Made by a program: the position numbers and the translations under genes. From Zootoca vivipara (taxonomy: Eukaryota): 64,000 nt of DNA. Numbering within the stretch: position 1 is the first letter of the stretch; every line of letters begins with the position of its first letter. The stretch lies in contig NC_083287.1 of NCBI RefSeq assembly GCF_963506605.1, positions 22,754,001-22,818,000 of the forward strand, written 5' to 3'. The notes under the pieces are model-generated. The model had not been told where the DNA came from. It saw only the letters and a list, made by a program, of their open reading frames with translations, and searched no databases. Shown here in pieces: positions 53,353 to 64,000 of this stretch.

Positions 53353-53584
53353 CTGTGGCTCTGGGCCACGTCTCTTTGAAGCTTTTCTTGAACCCAAATG
53401 CCCATCACCATTTTTTATGGCTCCCCAATTGTCTCCTGTTGTCACGAGCCTGTGAACCATTTTCTTCCCCGCTTCTGTGGCTAATCTAAACCCAGTGCCG
53501 ACTTATTATATAATAATGATAATGTTCCGTTGCCTTCTTCTCCTTTGTGTGTGTGCGTGTGTGTGCGCGCCTGTGTACGCTCAG

Positions 53585-53919
53585 TCAACCCCAATTACAC
53601 TGGAGGCGAGCCCAAAAGGTCTCGAACTGCCTACACCAGACAGCAAGTCCTGGAGCTGGAGAAGGAGTTCCATTTTAACCGCTACCTGACCAGGAGGCGA
53701 CGCATCGAGATCGCGCACACGCTCTGCCTCTCCGAGCGCCAGGTCAAGATCTGGTTTCAGAACAGGAGGATGAAGTGGAAGAAGGACCACAAGCTGCCCA
53801 ACACCAAGATGCGCTCCGCCAACCCCTCCAGTCTTAGCCAGCAAGCCAAAGCGTCAGCACAGCACCATCAGACACCACTACCCAGGGGTAGGGCGACCCC
53901 AAACTCAGCAGCGCTCTGA
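53585..53919 (+). CDS. HOXA4: HOXA4 exon 2 (homeodomain)
   Basis: gctcag|TC acceptor; [35 protein letters not shown]...[13 protein letters not shown]...*. Confidence 0.97.
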
Positions 53920-54672
53920 TGGCCCGACAGACGCAGGGACACCCTAACCCATCACACGTCCCGCTCCTGCCTGATTTAATTTGCCATAGGGACTATATTA
54001 AGGGGCATAAATGCAGAACAAGAGCCAGTCACAGGGCACGTGTGTTAAAACCAAAAACCAAAAACAAACACCTTGGACAAAGTGTTCACCTTCTGTAAAT
54101 ATGACCTTTCCATCCCCACCATGTTTCTTTTTTTAATTTATTTATGGAAATACGGTCCACCTGCAGCGTCATTAAAGAGTTGAGGATGGATCCTGTACCC
54201 AAAAAGGACCCTTTGCAGATATGTTTTAAGGTGTCAACATATGTTAATAAGTGACTTTGTGAAATGTGTGTGTAAATCATAGACTTTGTCTTGTTTCGTG
54301 GAACATTCGTGGACTCTCAATTACAGACAGAAGCAAACCCATCTTATTACCTGGAAGTATTTTGGAAGTTGGAGTGGGGGCGATGCCCAGAGACCCCAGC
54401 ACCCTCCAGCCCTTACCGACCAAGAAAGTATGTTTTCTGTGTAATAAGAACAAAAAAGTGTAGTCTCTGCTGTAGTCGTGATACGTTATCCTCCCCCGAA
54501 GCTGCATTTATTACTCTAAAAAAAGGAAAAAAAGATAAAAGTACACCAATATTGCTATAAAGGCTATTTCTGTCTTCGTGTCTTGCCATAGTCAAACGTC
54601 CGTTTACAGTTTGTGAAATCCATGTGTACACATTTGTGAATGTGTGATGTATATATAATGTCCAGTGCTGGT

Positions 54673-54678
54673 AATAAA
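54673..54678 (+). terminator. Candidate HOXA4 polyadenylation signal
   Basis: AATAAA ~750 nt after the stop codon. Confidence 0.5.
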
Positions 54679-56806
54679 ACAAAACAAAACCACACCTCTC
54701 TGTACAAAAATAAAACTTAAGGCACTAGACACACCGTGAGAAGCGTGCATTTGCCTAGGATGTGACTTTGTTGACATAAACATGAAAACTCTCGAGGATG
54801 TCATGTGTACATGCTGTTCAACCCATTCCTTAGGAGAGGCCGAGTGCCTGCATTATAGTTGAATTAGTTTTATTAAGGAGTAATGTTTCTCCTTCCCAAG
54901 CACCCTAACCACTTTATGTGTAAGGAAGCCACATAGTTTTCTATGAAGCTGGCTTCCACATAGGACCATAGACCAAAGCCCCTAGGGAAACCAGAGAGTT
55001 GGGAGTAATTCCCATGGAAACAGGTTGAGGGGGGGGGGTGTTGTTGTAGATGGGCTGAATAGGCTGCCATCCAAGTACCCGGTTTTAAATGAGTTGTGGA
55101 TCGGCCTGCGCAGCCTGCCCATTTCCCCAAGGAGGCGCTTCGGCTTAGCCACTCCTACAGGATACAGTCCACTGTGTGTAGAACAAGAAAGGCGTCCCCC
55201 CAAAAAAAATCTCATTTATGACACGAGTCCTCTGCCTACACCATTGGGGAAATATAGCTCTTGCCCGCCTTGTGTGAAGAGAAACGGGACTATTCCAGTA
55301 GAATGAAGTGAATAATAACAGTAATAGTAACACTGCACTATCAATGCTTAAACATACTGCAGCATCAGTAGTGACCCCTTGGTTTATTCTAGCTGCAGCA
55401 ACTTTCCACAGGGGGGAAAGAGGGACGAGTTGCAATGGCCACCGCTCTTTGGCATGGGAACAAACCGGAAACGTTAAAGCCGCACACCCAAAACATTATG
55501 GTAAAGCTCAGATGATGCCCTTGACATGGAGGTTCATGGGGGGGGGTGTCTCCTGAACAGCTTAACCAACCCATGCAATAAGTACAGGTGAAAGTTGCTA
55601 GTTTAATTATTCACCTCCGTTGATGTTTACTCCGAGGCAAGTCCCACTGTTGCACGGTGAGGGCTTATTTCCAGGTAAGTGTGTCTAGGGTTGCACTCTT
55701 ATAAGTAGCAATTCTTCAATCTCCTTCTGGAGAGTGGAATACGGTTCTGGGCCCTTTCTGATATACAGAACTATAATCCGATGCTAGTTTATACTGGAGA
55801 CTTAAATGGCCCATTGAGTCCAAAAGCCTGTAGACGGCTCAGCCAGAACTGTCGTGGAAGCATAAGCAGATAGTTTAAATGTACCCTTCGACCATTGGGC
55901 TGGGGAGGGTAACACCGCCATTTGAACAGTTATGGTCTCACTTGCCGTGCAAAAGAGAAGTAAACGTTGCTGTGAATAATCTGGAAGTGTGCGTCGAACT
56001 GAACCACCCCAAAGGACTTCCTTCCTTATTTACTATATCCTTGAAGTGCCTTGTCCCGCATGTTTGTTTGTTGTTAAGAAGTAAAAGAGAATAGGCTGGA
56101 AAACAATATCTCCCCCTCCCTGTTAACATGGACCTCTTTTGTCTAAAGTCTTTGTTTGGTCTACCCTGGAGAATTCTCTTCTGCTAAATCCACTGACGCT
56201 CGAAAACCAAGAGGAGTGTCCCAAACTGTTAAATCAATGATTAGTATTGAAATATGATTGCGGATCTTCCCTGACTTCCGTAGTCTTACGCTTGGAGCAC
56301 CCCCCTTTCCCTCCCCCCCTCTTTCTCCATGGAGGGGGGGGAGAGCCCGAAATGAAATCACGCTGAAAATAGCAATTTTACTAGGAATCATTAATCACCT
56401 CCTACAATAAATACTTCTTTGTAATTCAACAGCGATTCTGAAAGGCATTCTCTTGGAAAAAGGTCTGAGAAGACACGAAGGATTTTCCTGGGGAAAATGG
56501 GTTCATGTAGAAAGACACAGTTGCTTGGCTGTGCCATGAAAATGTACACTTTCTGGGTGGAGAACCAAACCAGGACTGGAAAATGCACGTGGCAGATCAC
56601 CATCATTCAAGGTAATGTTTTTATTTGATTTTTGGGGTTGGTTTTCCCCCCCTTTATGCCTTTCCCCTTGAAAACGCAGTGCGCTTCACTGTGGTGTGTA
56701 GGTGTCGATGTTTTTTTTTGCTTAGCTTGGCTGCCATAATCGATGTAACAATAAGTTTGAAAACTACACTCGACCATTGTCCTGTTTGTGCGAGGGCAAT
56801 GGGGAG

Positions 56807-56823
56807 AGTTCACCAAAAGGACA
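56807..56823 (+). promoter_or_regulatory. DR5 retinoic acid response element (3' HOXA4 neural-enhancer RARE)
   Basis: AGTTCA ccaaa AGGACA ~2.9 kb 3' of the HOXA4 stop; same half-sites as described Hox4 3' RAREs as recalled. Confidence 0.8.
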
Positions 56824-56940
56824 AATTTTCTATCCCATTAATTGTTTTTTTAAGAGAAGCAGACTGACCCATCAAACCCTTGACCTTTAAAGGCAGGATT
56901 CTTTCTAGCTGCTGGACCTACATCTGCTCCTCTTGCCCTG

Positions 56941-56944
<4 letters not shown>

Positions 56945-57005
<61 letters not shown>
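56945..57005. repeat. (AC)n microsatellite
   Basis: Seen directly. Confidence 0.95.
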
Positions 57006-57006
<1 letters not shown>

Positions 57007-57136
57007 CATATTACCAAAGAAAGCTGCTCTGGATCCTAAAGGTGGAAGCGCCTTCATGTTTCAGATGGAGTGAAAATGCAAATGTCAGTCCTTGAAACAG
57101 TCGGGCGTAAAGATCTAAGCTCTATGGGGTCCAACC

Positions 57137-57227
57137 CATAGCTGTCAAGTTTTCCCTTTTCTCGCGAGGAAGCCTATTCAGCTTAAGGGAATTTGCCTTA
57201 AAAAAAAGGGAGAACTTGACAGCTATG
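57137..57227 (-). mobile_element. hAT-type MITE family A, copy 2 (opposite orientation)
   Basis: TIRs CATAGCTGTCAAGTT / AACTTGACAGCTATG; 8-bp TSD GTCCAACC. Confidence 0.93.
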
Positions 57228-57600
57228 GTCCAACCACAAGCAAGGGAGGAGGGCTAGATTTGTGCTGCTTGCCCCCCCCCCTAGAGATGTGGCATGCGTG
57301 GCGCAGGTTTGTTTGTTTGCGTTTTTATTTTATTTCTTCCTTTGGGATTCACCCATGGCCAGCATCCAATGCTGAAGAGGGATTGCCACGTGGATTCCTG
57401 AAGAAGGGACTGGCCATTTTGGGTTGCAGCAGCTACAGGACGATATGGGTTTGCGTATGTAAGGGAACGAGTAGGGAGGAAGGCCCAGACCGGTGAGCAT
57501 ATTTGGCTGGTTTCCGCACCATCTCATGCTGTCTAGATTTTCCCCAATTTTGTAAGCGTGTACGTGGCGCTGTGTAGGGTTAGAGGATTGTGAAGGACCG

Positions 57601-57638
<38 letters not shown>

Positions 57639-58375
57639 CCCACATATACACAAATACACAACCAGTCTTCAAACTTTAGGCTCATATTTGCTAACTTTGA
57701 GCGTGTGAAATGAGCGCTGCAGGCCTCCAGACAATTCCACTAGTTCCACAACTCCTGGTCCAAGTCTTTCATGCTGGAAACTCTGCTCCCCCCATACTTA
57801 TTTTCCTTTTAAGAGAAGTGCCCCTCGGTTTGCTTAGCTTGTTCGCTACAGAAATATACAAAACAGATCAATATCTTGGTGACACCATTTCACGGAGCAA
57901 CCTTAGCGTGAACCGACCGGGAAGACCAATAAACAAGAACTGCGAGCTTTTGGATGTGATTTATAGTATGCGGAGAAGAGACATTTTTTTAAAAAAAAGT
58001 CAGAAAGAGAAAGTTTCAGAAAGAGAAAGTAGTGTCTTTCTCCTACACTTCCATTACAAGAGAGACAGATGGACACCTAAGACAGAAGTGCTACTCTCAG
58101 GCAAAGACAATCTCTGAGCGCAGGCTTGGCTAGGTTGAGAAGGAGGAGTAGGTGTGAATATATCGTTCTTGCCCTGCTTTGAGGAAAATGTTAGCTTTGC
58201 AGTTCTGCTAATTGCCAACTCCCTCCAGAGCAGTTTAATTTGCTCACTCCTTTGGCCATGCTGCGACCCAGGAGGATTAGGCCGCCAAGTTCTCTTAACT
58301 TCATACTTTGACCCCATTTGAGCTCATTGGTGCTTTTGCCTGTATCATGAATAATAAGCAGTAGTCCCCCCCTGT

Positions 58376-58510
58376 TTTAAAGCACATATTACTCCCCCGC
58401 TCCAAGAATCCTGAAAGCTGTCATTTACCCCTCCAGAGAACTACGGCTCCCAGCACCTTTAACAAATTATGGTTCCAAGTATTCTTGGGGGAAGCGGGGA
58501 TGTGCTTTAA
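58376..58510. mobile_element. Decayed MITE with TTAAAGCACAT / ATGTGCTTTAA ends
   Basis: Inverted ends plus internal inverted CCAAGAAT / ATTCTTGG; no clear TSD. Confidence 0.6.
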
Positions 58511-58722
58511 TCATATGATTCTCAGCGTTGAAATCTGGGTTGACTCCAGCCTAAGGTACGGCACTTGGGTGCCATTGAAATCGATGCCTCAAGTCAGACA
58601 TGAAGCCTGCAAGCCTAACCCCCACTTACCTGGAAGCCACCCTCCTTGAATTGTTTCTGAGTAGATTGCTCTGCTCATGCCTGAAACCAGTGGGCCCTAA
58701 GCGCAACTAGCTCGTTCTAGAT

Positions 58723-58858
58723 CAGGCATAGGCAACCTTGGCTCTCCAGATGTTTTGGAACTACAACTCCCATGATCCCTAGCTAACTGGGCCAGTGGTC
58801 AGGGATCATGGGAGTTGTAGTTCCAAAACATCTGGAGAGCCAAGGTTGCCTATGCCTG
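58723..58858. mobile_element. 136-bp fold-back hAT (Charlie-like) MITE
   Basis: Perfect 58-bp inverted arms (58723-58780, 58801-58858) starting CAGG; 8-bp TSD TTCTAGAT on both sides. Confidence 0.95.
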
Positions 58859-59483
58859 TTCTAGATTAAACCCACCACGCCTTAAGTGCTCGCCAATCCT
58901 CATTGCATCTCATCCAACCGAGTTTTCGCCTGCCTCGCTTCCTTTCTGGAACTAGTCAAGGTGTGAAACACCTTTGTTTCCCAGGACTGGGTGGCAACAC
59001 TCCTGCTGACCTCAGAAGAATAAAGTTGTCACCCCCTCCGACCAGTTAAAAGGGAATACTGACTAAAGAGGGTTATGGCCCAACCGTGGCCGTTCTCTTA
59101 GCTACTTGCCTGCCTGATATTCCTGTCGCAAGGCCTTTTTTCTTATCAGGCGGTCCCTGTTGTGATGAAAGGCGTGGGTTCCAAATCATGTCTGCTGCCC
59201 CAACCTGCTGCCACTGACAATAAAAAGTCGAATTCAAATGACTGATTCGGGGGCTCGGCTGCTTCATTCTGCCTGGGCCTGACAAGCCCCGCGTTATTAA
59301 TGTCCAAATGATCTCCCCAGAAACTGAAAAGCTGTCAAAAACCGGCGAGATGATGAGGCCTAAATAAGCAATAGAGAAGCACTGCAAGGGTAGATAAAGG
59401 TGTTGTGTCTGTTCTCGGGTATTGAAATTTTAATCTGGCCGGGTTGGGGAGGGGAGGGTTGGGGGTGAGAGAGAGAAAGGATG

Positions 59484-59711
59484 GGATGTCACGTGACATC
59501 CAATAATTAATGCAGATCTTCACGAATGGATCTGTGACGGTCAGTTCTCACTAGTAGGAGTGATTCTTTCCGAAGTGAAAGAATCTTTTTCTTTCTTTCT
59601 TTTTATTATTAAACAAAAAACAAACAAAACAAAAACCCAAAAAGCCTACCTGGTTTATCTTTTGCAAGGCTCCTTAAACTCCTTAAACAAGCAATAAGGG
59701 GGATGAGGTCG
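59484..59711 (+). promoter_or_regulatory. Putative HOXA3 upstream promoter and non-coding first exon (~59546-59711)
   Basis: 18-bp palindrome GGATGTCACGTGACATCC overlapping CCAAT, Inr-like TCAGTT at 59541, strong donor CG|GTAAGT at 59712; HOXA3 coding exons lie beyond the window. Confidence 0.5.
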
Positions 59712-60934
59712 GTAAGTATGCGCAGGCCGGTCGTGTGCCTGGATTGCCTTTCATTGTTTGCACTTGCCTTCCTTTTTGATTGGGGAGCCTTGACTTAAGC
59801 GACGGGGAGATTTACGAAATGTTCCATCTTTGTTGCAAAGCTGCCTTGTGGTCGCATTATGCCTTTTTGGTGATTAAACCTAAAGCGAGGCGAGGCGATT
59901 TGATAACGTTCGAGTACTAATTCACACACTGTGGAAAGTTGCCGACCACAGTGCGGGAGTCCTGGGTTTTTTTTGTGTGTGGTTTTTTTTTCCTTCCAAT
60001 TTGCCAGGCGTTCATAAATCACCGGCTCGCAGTGCAGGGCCAAGAAGAGAAACCAGAGAGGCGGCGGCAGCAGCAGCAAGAAGCATTGTGAGGAAGGCAA
60101 GAGGGGGGGGGGCAGAAGTCATGGACACATTTCTCTATGACTCATCAAGCAGCGCGATATAGTACCCATTTAAAGCACCGAAATTAATAGCAGAGTTTTG
60201 TGATAAGGTCCCCCCCCCCGTTTAACTCATGACGTTTTGTTAACTGTTCCATTGCTACTTTCTAACTTTAAAGCTGCAAAGGAGGAGCCCTCCCCCCCCC
60301 ACCTCAAGAGGTCTCTAAAATATCATAGCATGTAGTTTAATCGTCCCCAAATATACCACCAAAAGCTACTGAATAGCATGATGCTGATTTAATAGTAAGC
60401 ACATTAAGTGGTTCTGTATGCTATTGCTTTCGATTGTATTACAGTTTGCCACGCGTTGGGCTGTTTACGAAGTAGTTTGAACGTTAAACGCCAAAGGAGT
60501 TTCCCAGAACAGAGAACTGGTAGGATAAAGAGCGAGCGAGAAATATTATTATACCCTTAAATACTCCTTGGTATAGAAACAGCTGTCTGGCAAAATCCAC
60601 CGGCAGTTCCAGAAATCGAAGCATTTTCCTAATGTGGGAGTGCAATAAAAGCCCCAGTAAACGATTTAGAGATTCTCCTTTCTTTCGTCCTGCTTGATGC
60701 CTGCTTAGCACCAAATCTAAAATTTTAATAGTCATTACCAAACGATCCAATTACCAAAAGCAAATTCTATCATGCCAAGTTCTCCCAAGATGAGATTTAA
60801 AACTTTTTTTTCAAGCCTTCGATGACATTATTCCAAGAAACAGCACTTAGCAATTATTAGCAGTCACTTTTGCTAGCCAGGCGAAGGAGAATCCAGCGGG
60901 ACATTTAAAGGGGGGGGGGGGAGGCCTGTCAGTG

Positions 60935-61024
60935 CATAGCTGTCAAGTTCTCCCTTTTTTAAAGGGAAATTCCCTTATGCTGAATAGGCTTCCTCGAGAG
61001 AAAAGGGAAAACTTGACAGCTATG
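60935..61024 (+). mobile_element. hAT-type MITE family A, copy 3
   Basis: TIRs CATAGCTGTCAAGTT / AACTTGACAGCTATG; 8-bp TSD TGTCAGTG. Confidence 0.93.
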
Positions 61025-62898
61025 TGTCAGTGGATTGCGGAAAGCGGGGTGAACATCTCATTGTTACTATCAATGATTCATAAATATATTTAAATAAAAT
61101 TATTGCTTTGAGAAAGTCAATATCCTTATCTTCAGGCTACTTTTCTGCCAACGGACCAAAGAACAGCCATTTAAGCCCACAACACACGTCTGTTTCCCCC
61201 GTTTCAACACTATTTTTGTTGCTATTGCCCCTAGTCTGATTTTTAAGTCAATTGTAGCCAATGGGAGACAGTTCAGGGACGGCAGATCAGGCCCACAGAT
61301 TCAAGTGTGCGCCTAATTTCGACCGACCTGTGCCTTGCATTTAAACGAGAGAGTCACATTCTTATGCCATTAAACAGAGATGAACGTGGCCAGTTGTATT
61401 TAATGTCCTTACTTGATTAAATGATGCTAAACAAAGGCTTCCCAGAGGAATATAAAGCTTACATTTCATAAAAGAGGAATTATAAGATATTCACAGGGAG
61501 AATAGTTGTCTTCATAAGAAAGGAGCTTATATTTCAATTCCATACACGATTGCAAAAGGCAATATTTTTACGTGAGTTTTTTCTTAAAGAGGAAAAAAAA
61601 CCGCAACTCAACAGCGTCCTTTTAATGATTATATACCCACCCAGGATCTGCTAAAACAACTCAGCAGCTGACCCACGTCTTATCTCGAAAATAATGCTCA
61701 TCCCCTATAGTTCTCTTATTTAGCTATTGCTTGTTCTTTATTTACAGCACTCCGGTGCACCGGAAAATACGGTTTAAAGACACCTACAATCTGGAAACAA
61801 TTCTGCCCGCTGCTGGTTGGAAACGCGAGGAGGTAAGAACCCTGTGGATGGAAAGAGGAAAAAAGAAAAGAAGGGAATCTGTTGTCCTATTGTTTAAAAT
61901 AGTTTCATATTGCAGAGAAGAGGATTCGGTTTGCTAGTGCTTGTTACAGAGGTTACTGTGAGTTTCGGGTTTGATAAATAGCTTAAATCGGTTGGAATTT
62001 TCTGCACTGCGCCAATTCATCTTTCGTCGTCGGTGAATGCACGTCTTGTCAAACATAGAGCCTTAGTAAGAGTAATTCTTCGAGAGCCATTCAGAACAGG
62101 GAGGGTTGCAAAAGGGCTGGAAAGAGCTAGAGAAGCAAATTAAGTCTTTACTGAAAATGCATTTTGCTTATAAAATCCAGCTCTCAGGATAGGTTCGTGT
62201 TTAAGAGCAGCGCTGCATTTATTGTTTGATATTCCGAGTGGCTTTAGATTGTTTAGAACAGGAGAACAAAAGTCACCTTTATAACTTAGAATACCTGAGT
62301 ATTCTCTATGGCTGCAAGCAACTACTACTAGGAATCAGTAATATCGCATTTGCTTTACCTGCTGTTGTAGTGAAATTTAAAATTTTCTCTAGGTGGCCTC
62401 GTTTACACCCAGCTGAAGGCAAACGAAATATATTCATTGATGGCATCTATTCATTGAAAACTGTTCTTAATCCTAATAGAGGTGCCTTGCACTCTTCTCT
62501 CATTTCAATTCTTAAAATCGATGAAAACGCTTAAAACGCCACCATATGATTATTATTTTTATTAACCAACGTTAGAAGACCAAGGGATATGTAGAGCCGC
62601 TTAAATTTCCTGCTAGAATTACCCGCTTTTATGAGGCTGAAGTACAATTAGTTTAGTTTACTACCTTTTAAACGGGCAGGCATAAATTACAAGCCTACAA
62701 AGGCTTGTTGTGTTGATTTAGCAGCTTGTTGAAATTCTCCCTGCTAAAAGGCGCTGCAAATGCCCCTTCCTGAGCCATTTCAAGACAAAATGTTGATTTA
62801 AAACTATCAACATTCCAGGGGGGGGGGAGTGGAAATTACTTTAAAAAACAAAACACTTCCAAGTGTCTGAAATATAGCCGGACCATATCCTCCCAGAA

Positions 62899-62904
<6 letters not shown>

Positions 62905-62970
<66 letters not shown>
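62905..62970. repeat. (TA)n microsatellite
   Basis: Seen directly. Confidence 0.95.
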
Positions 62971-62971
<1 letters not shown>

Positions 62972-63440
62972 CACTCGTCCGCATTTCTGTGATAAGGGTG
63001 CATGAAATTTGGACAAACTTTAATAGATGTGATGCAGAGCAGCTGTCCTAGTAGTTAAACTAAAAAGATAAAATTATTTAAGGTGGACAAAAACAAAAAC
63101 AAAAAAACCTAGTGACATAAAAAACTCACAACAGGCTCTGATAATAACAGAGTCTCTATGAGAACGTCATTTCCTAGTTCTGATTACCTTGCTTTGCATT
63201 TTCAGACATAAACGTGACATAAAATATTCAGAGAAGTTCATTCGGTATCTTCTCCGTGTAAACAACATTTTAAGGTTAACGTTAACAATCAGCATTCGTT
63301 TTAAATGAGGTGTATTGCGGAACAAACTTTAACTAAGTCCAAAACTAAATTCATCTAAAGCAAAAGCACAAATCGTTTTATTTTATCTAAGCATGGATAG
63401 CTGAAGGGACGTCCCACTTTCTTCGGAGGATTCTCTGCTC

Positions 63441-63517
63441 AGTATATTTACTTGGCAGAAAGTCCCACTGAAATCAATAGGACTTACCTCTGAGTAAATA
63501 TGCTTAAGCCTTGCAGC
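63441..63517 (+). mobile_element. Copy of the same ~80-bp dispersed repeat
   Basis: TTTACTTGG..AAGTCCCACTGAAATCAATAGGACTTACCTCTGAGTAAATATGC...TTGCAGC. Confidence 0.65.
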
Positions 63518-64000
63518 TTTTAAATTCGTAGAGACTTTACAGCTTAGTTGCACTTGGATGCTAAGCAATCATTTGAAAAACGATGTCCATTGATTTCGGC
63601 GATCTCTCTCTCCCTCCAAGTAATCTTGGATCTCCAAGTGTCTTGGATCTCGACCTCAGGTCTGCTCTGCGCCTTCTTTCTTCCGCATGCATTCCACTGC
63701 TATGTGTGCAGAAAGAGGCGGGGCAGCCTAGCCCTGTTCCCTAAAATGAAATGTAGCATTTTTAGCTCTCCCAAAAGCGTTCAGATTTCCCAGTCCTCGA
63801 AGTAACAGATGGAGGCAACGGAGAACCACAGTGAGGAAGGCAAAATGGGTGGCAAGGCTGCTGCCTTCCTGTCCATTCGCATTTGTATTTCTCAAAATTC
63901 AAGATCTCTGAAGTTCGACCAAAGCAAATGAATTCCAGGTCAGCTTTTTGGTGGGTTTTTGTTTTGAAAAGGCAAGTTTTTGAAAAGCAGAGTTACCAGG

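Noticed and set aside
63225-63240. TATTCA gaga AGTTCA as a RARE
   Set aside because: Poor first half-site and 4-bp spacing.

Overview
This window is vertebrate genomic DNA covering the central HoxA cluster. It reads 5'->3' in the sense direction: HOXA10, miR-196 (the miR-196b locus), HOXA9, HOXA7, HOXA6, HOXA5, HOXA4, then what looks like the upstream promoter and non-coding first exon of HOXA3. All six genes have two exons, intact frames and phase-1 GT-AG introns. HOXA6 exon 2 is missed by the ORF track. Many short non-autonomous DNA transposons (MITEs) and microsatellites lie inside the cluster, and the Hox proteins carry long homopolymer runs; this suggests a squamate reptile, probably a lizard (inference). 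I did not find a wholly new class of system. The most interesting items are: (1) a young ~90-bp hAT-type MITE, three copies with perfect 8-bp TSDs, bracketing HOXA4 and its retinoic-acid elements; (2) a 136-bp perfect fold-back MITE carrying ZNF143/THAP11-like motifs; (3) uORFs in the leaders of HOXA10, A9, A7 and A6, including a chained pair ending on the HOXA7 ATG; (4) the 173-nt internal HOXA9T intron; (5) HOXB6-like residues in HOXA6; (6) a miR-196 seed-site cluster in the HOXA7 3'UTR and a possibly decayed site in HOXA5; (7) three N-runs that appear to hide ultraconserved elements and may be contamination-screen masking rather than true gaps. All comparisons to mammalian sequences are from memory and need alignment to confirm.
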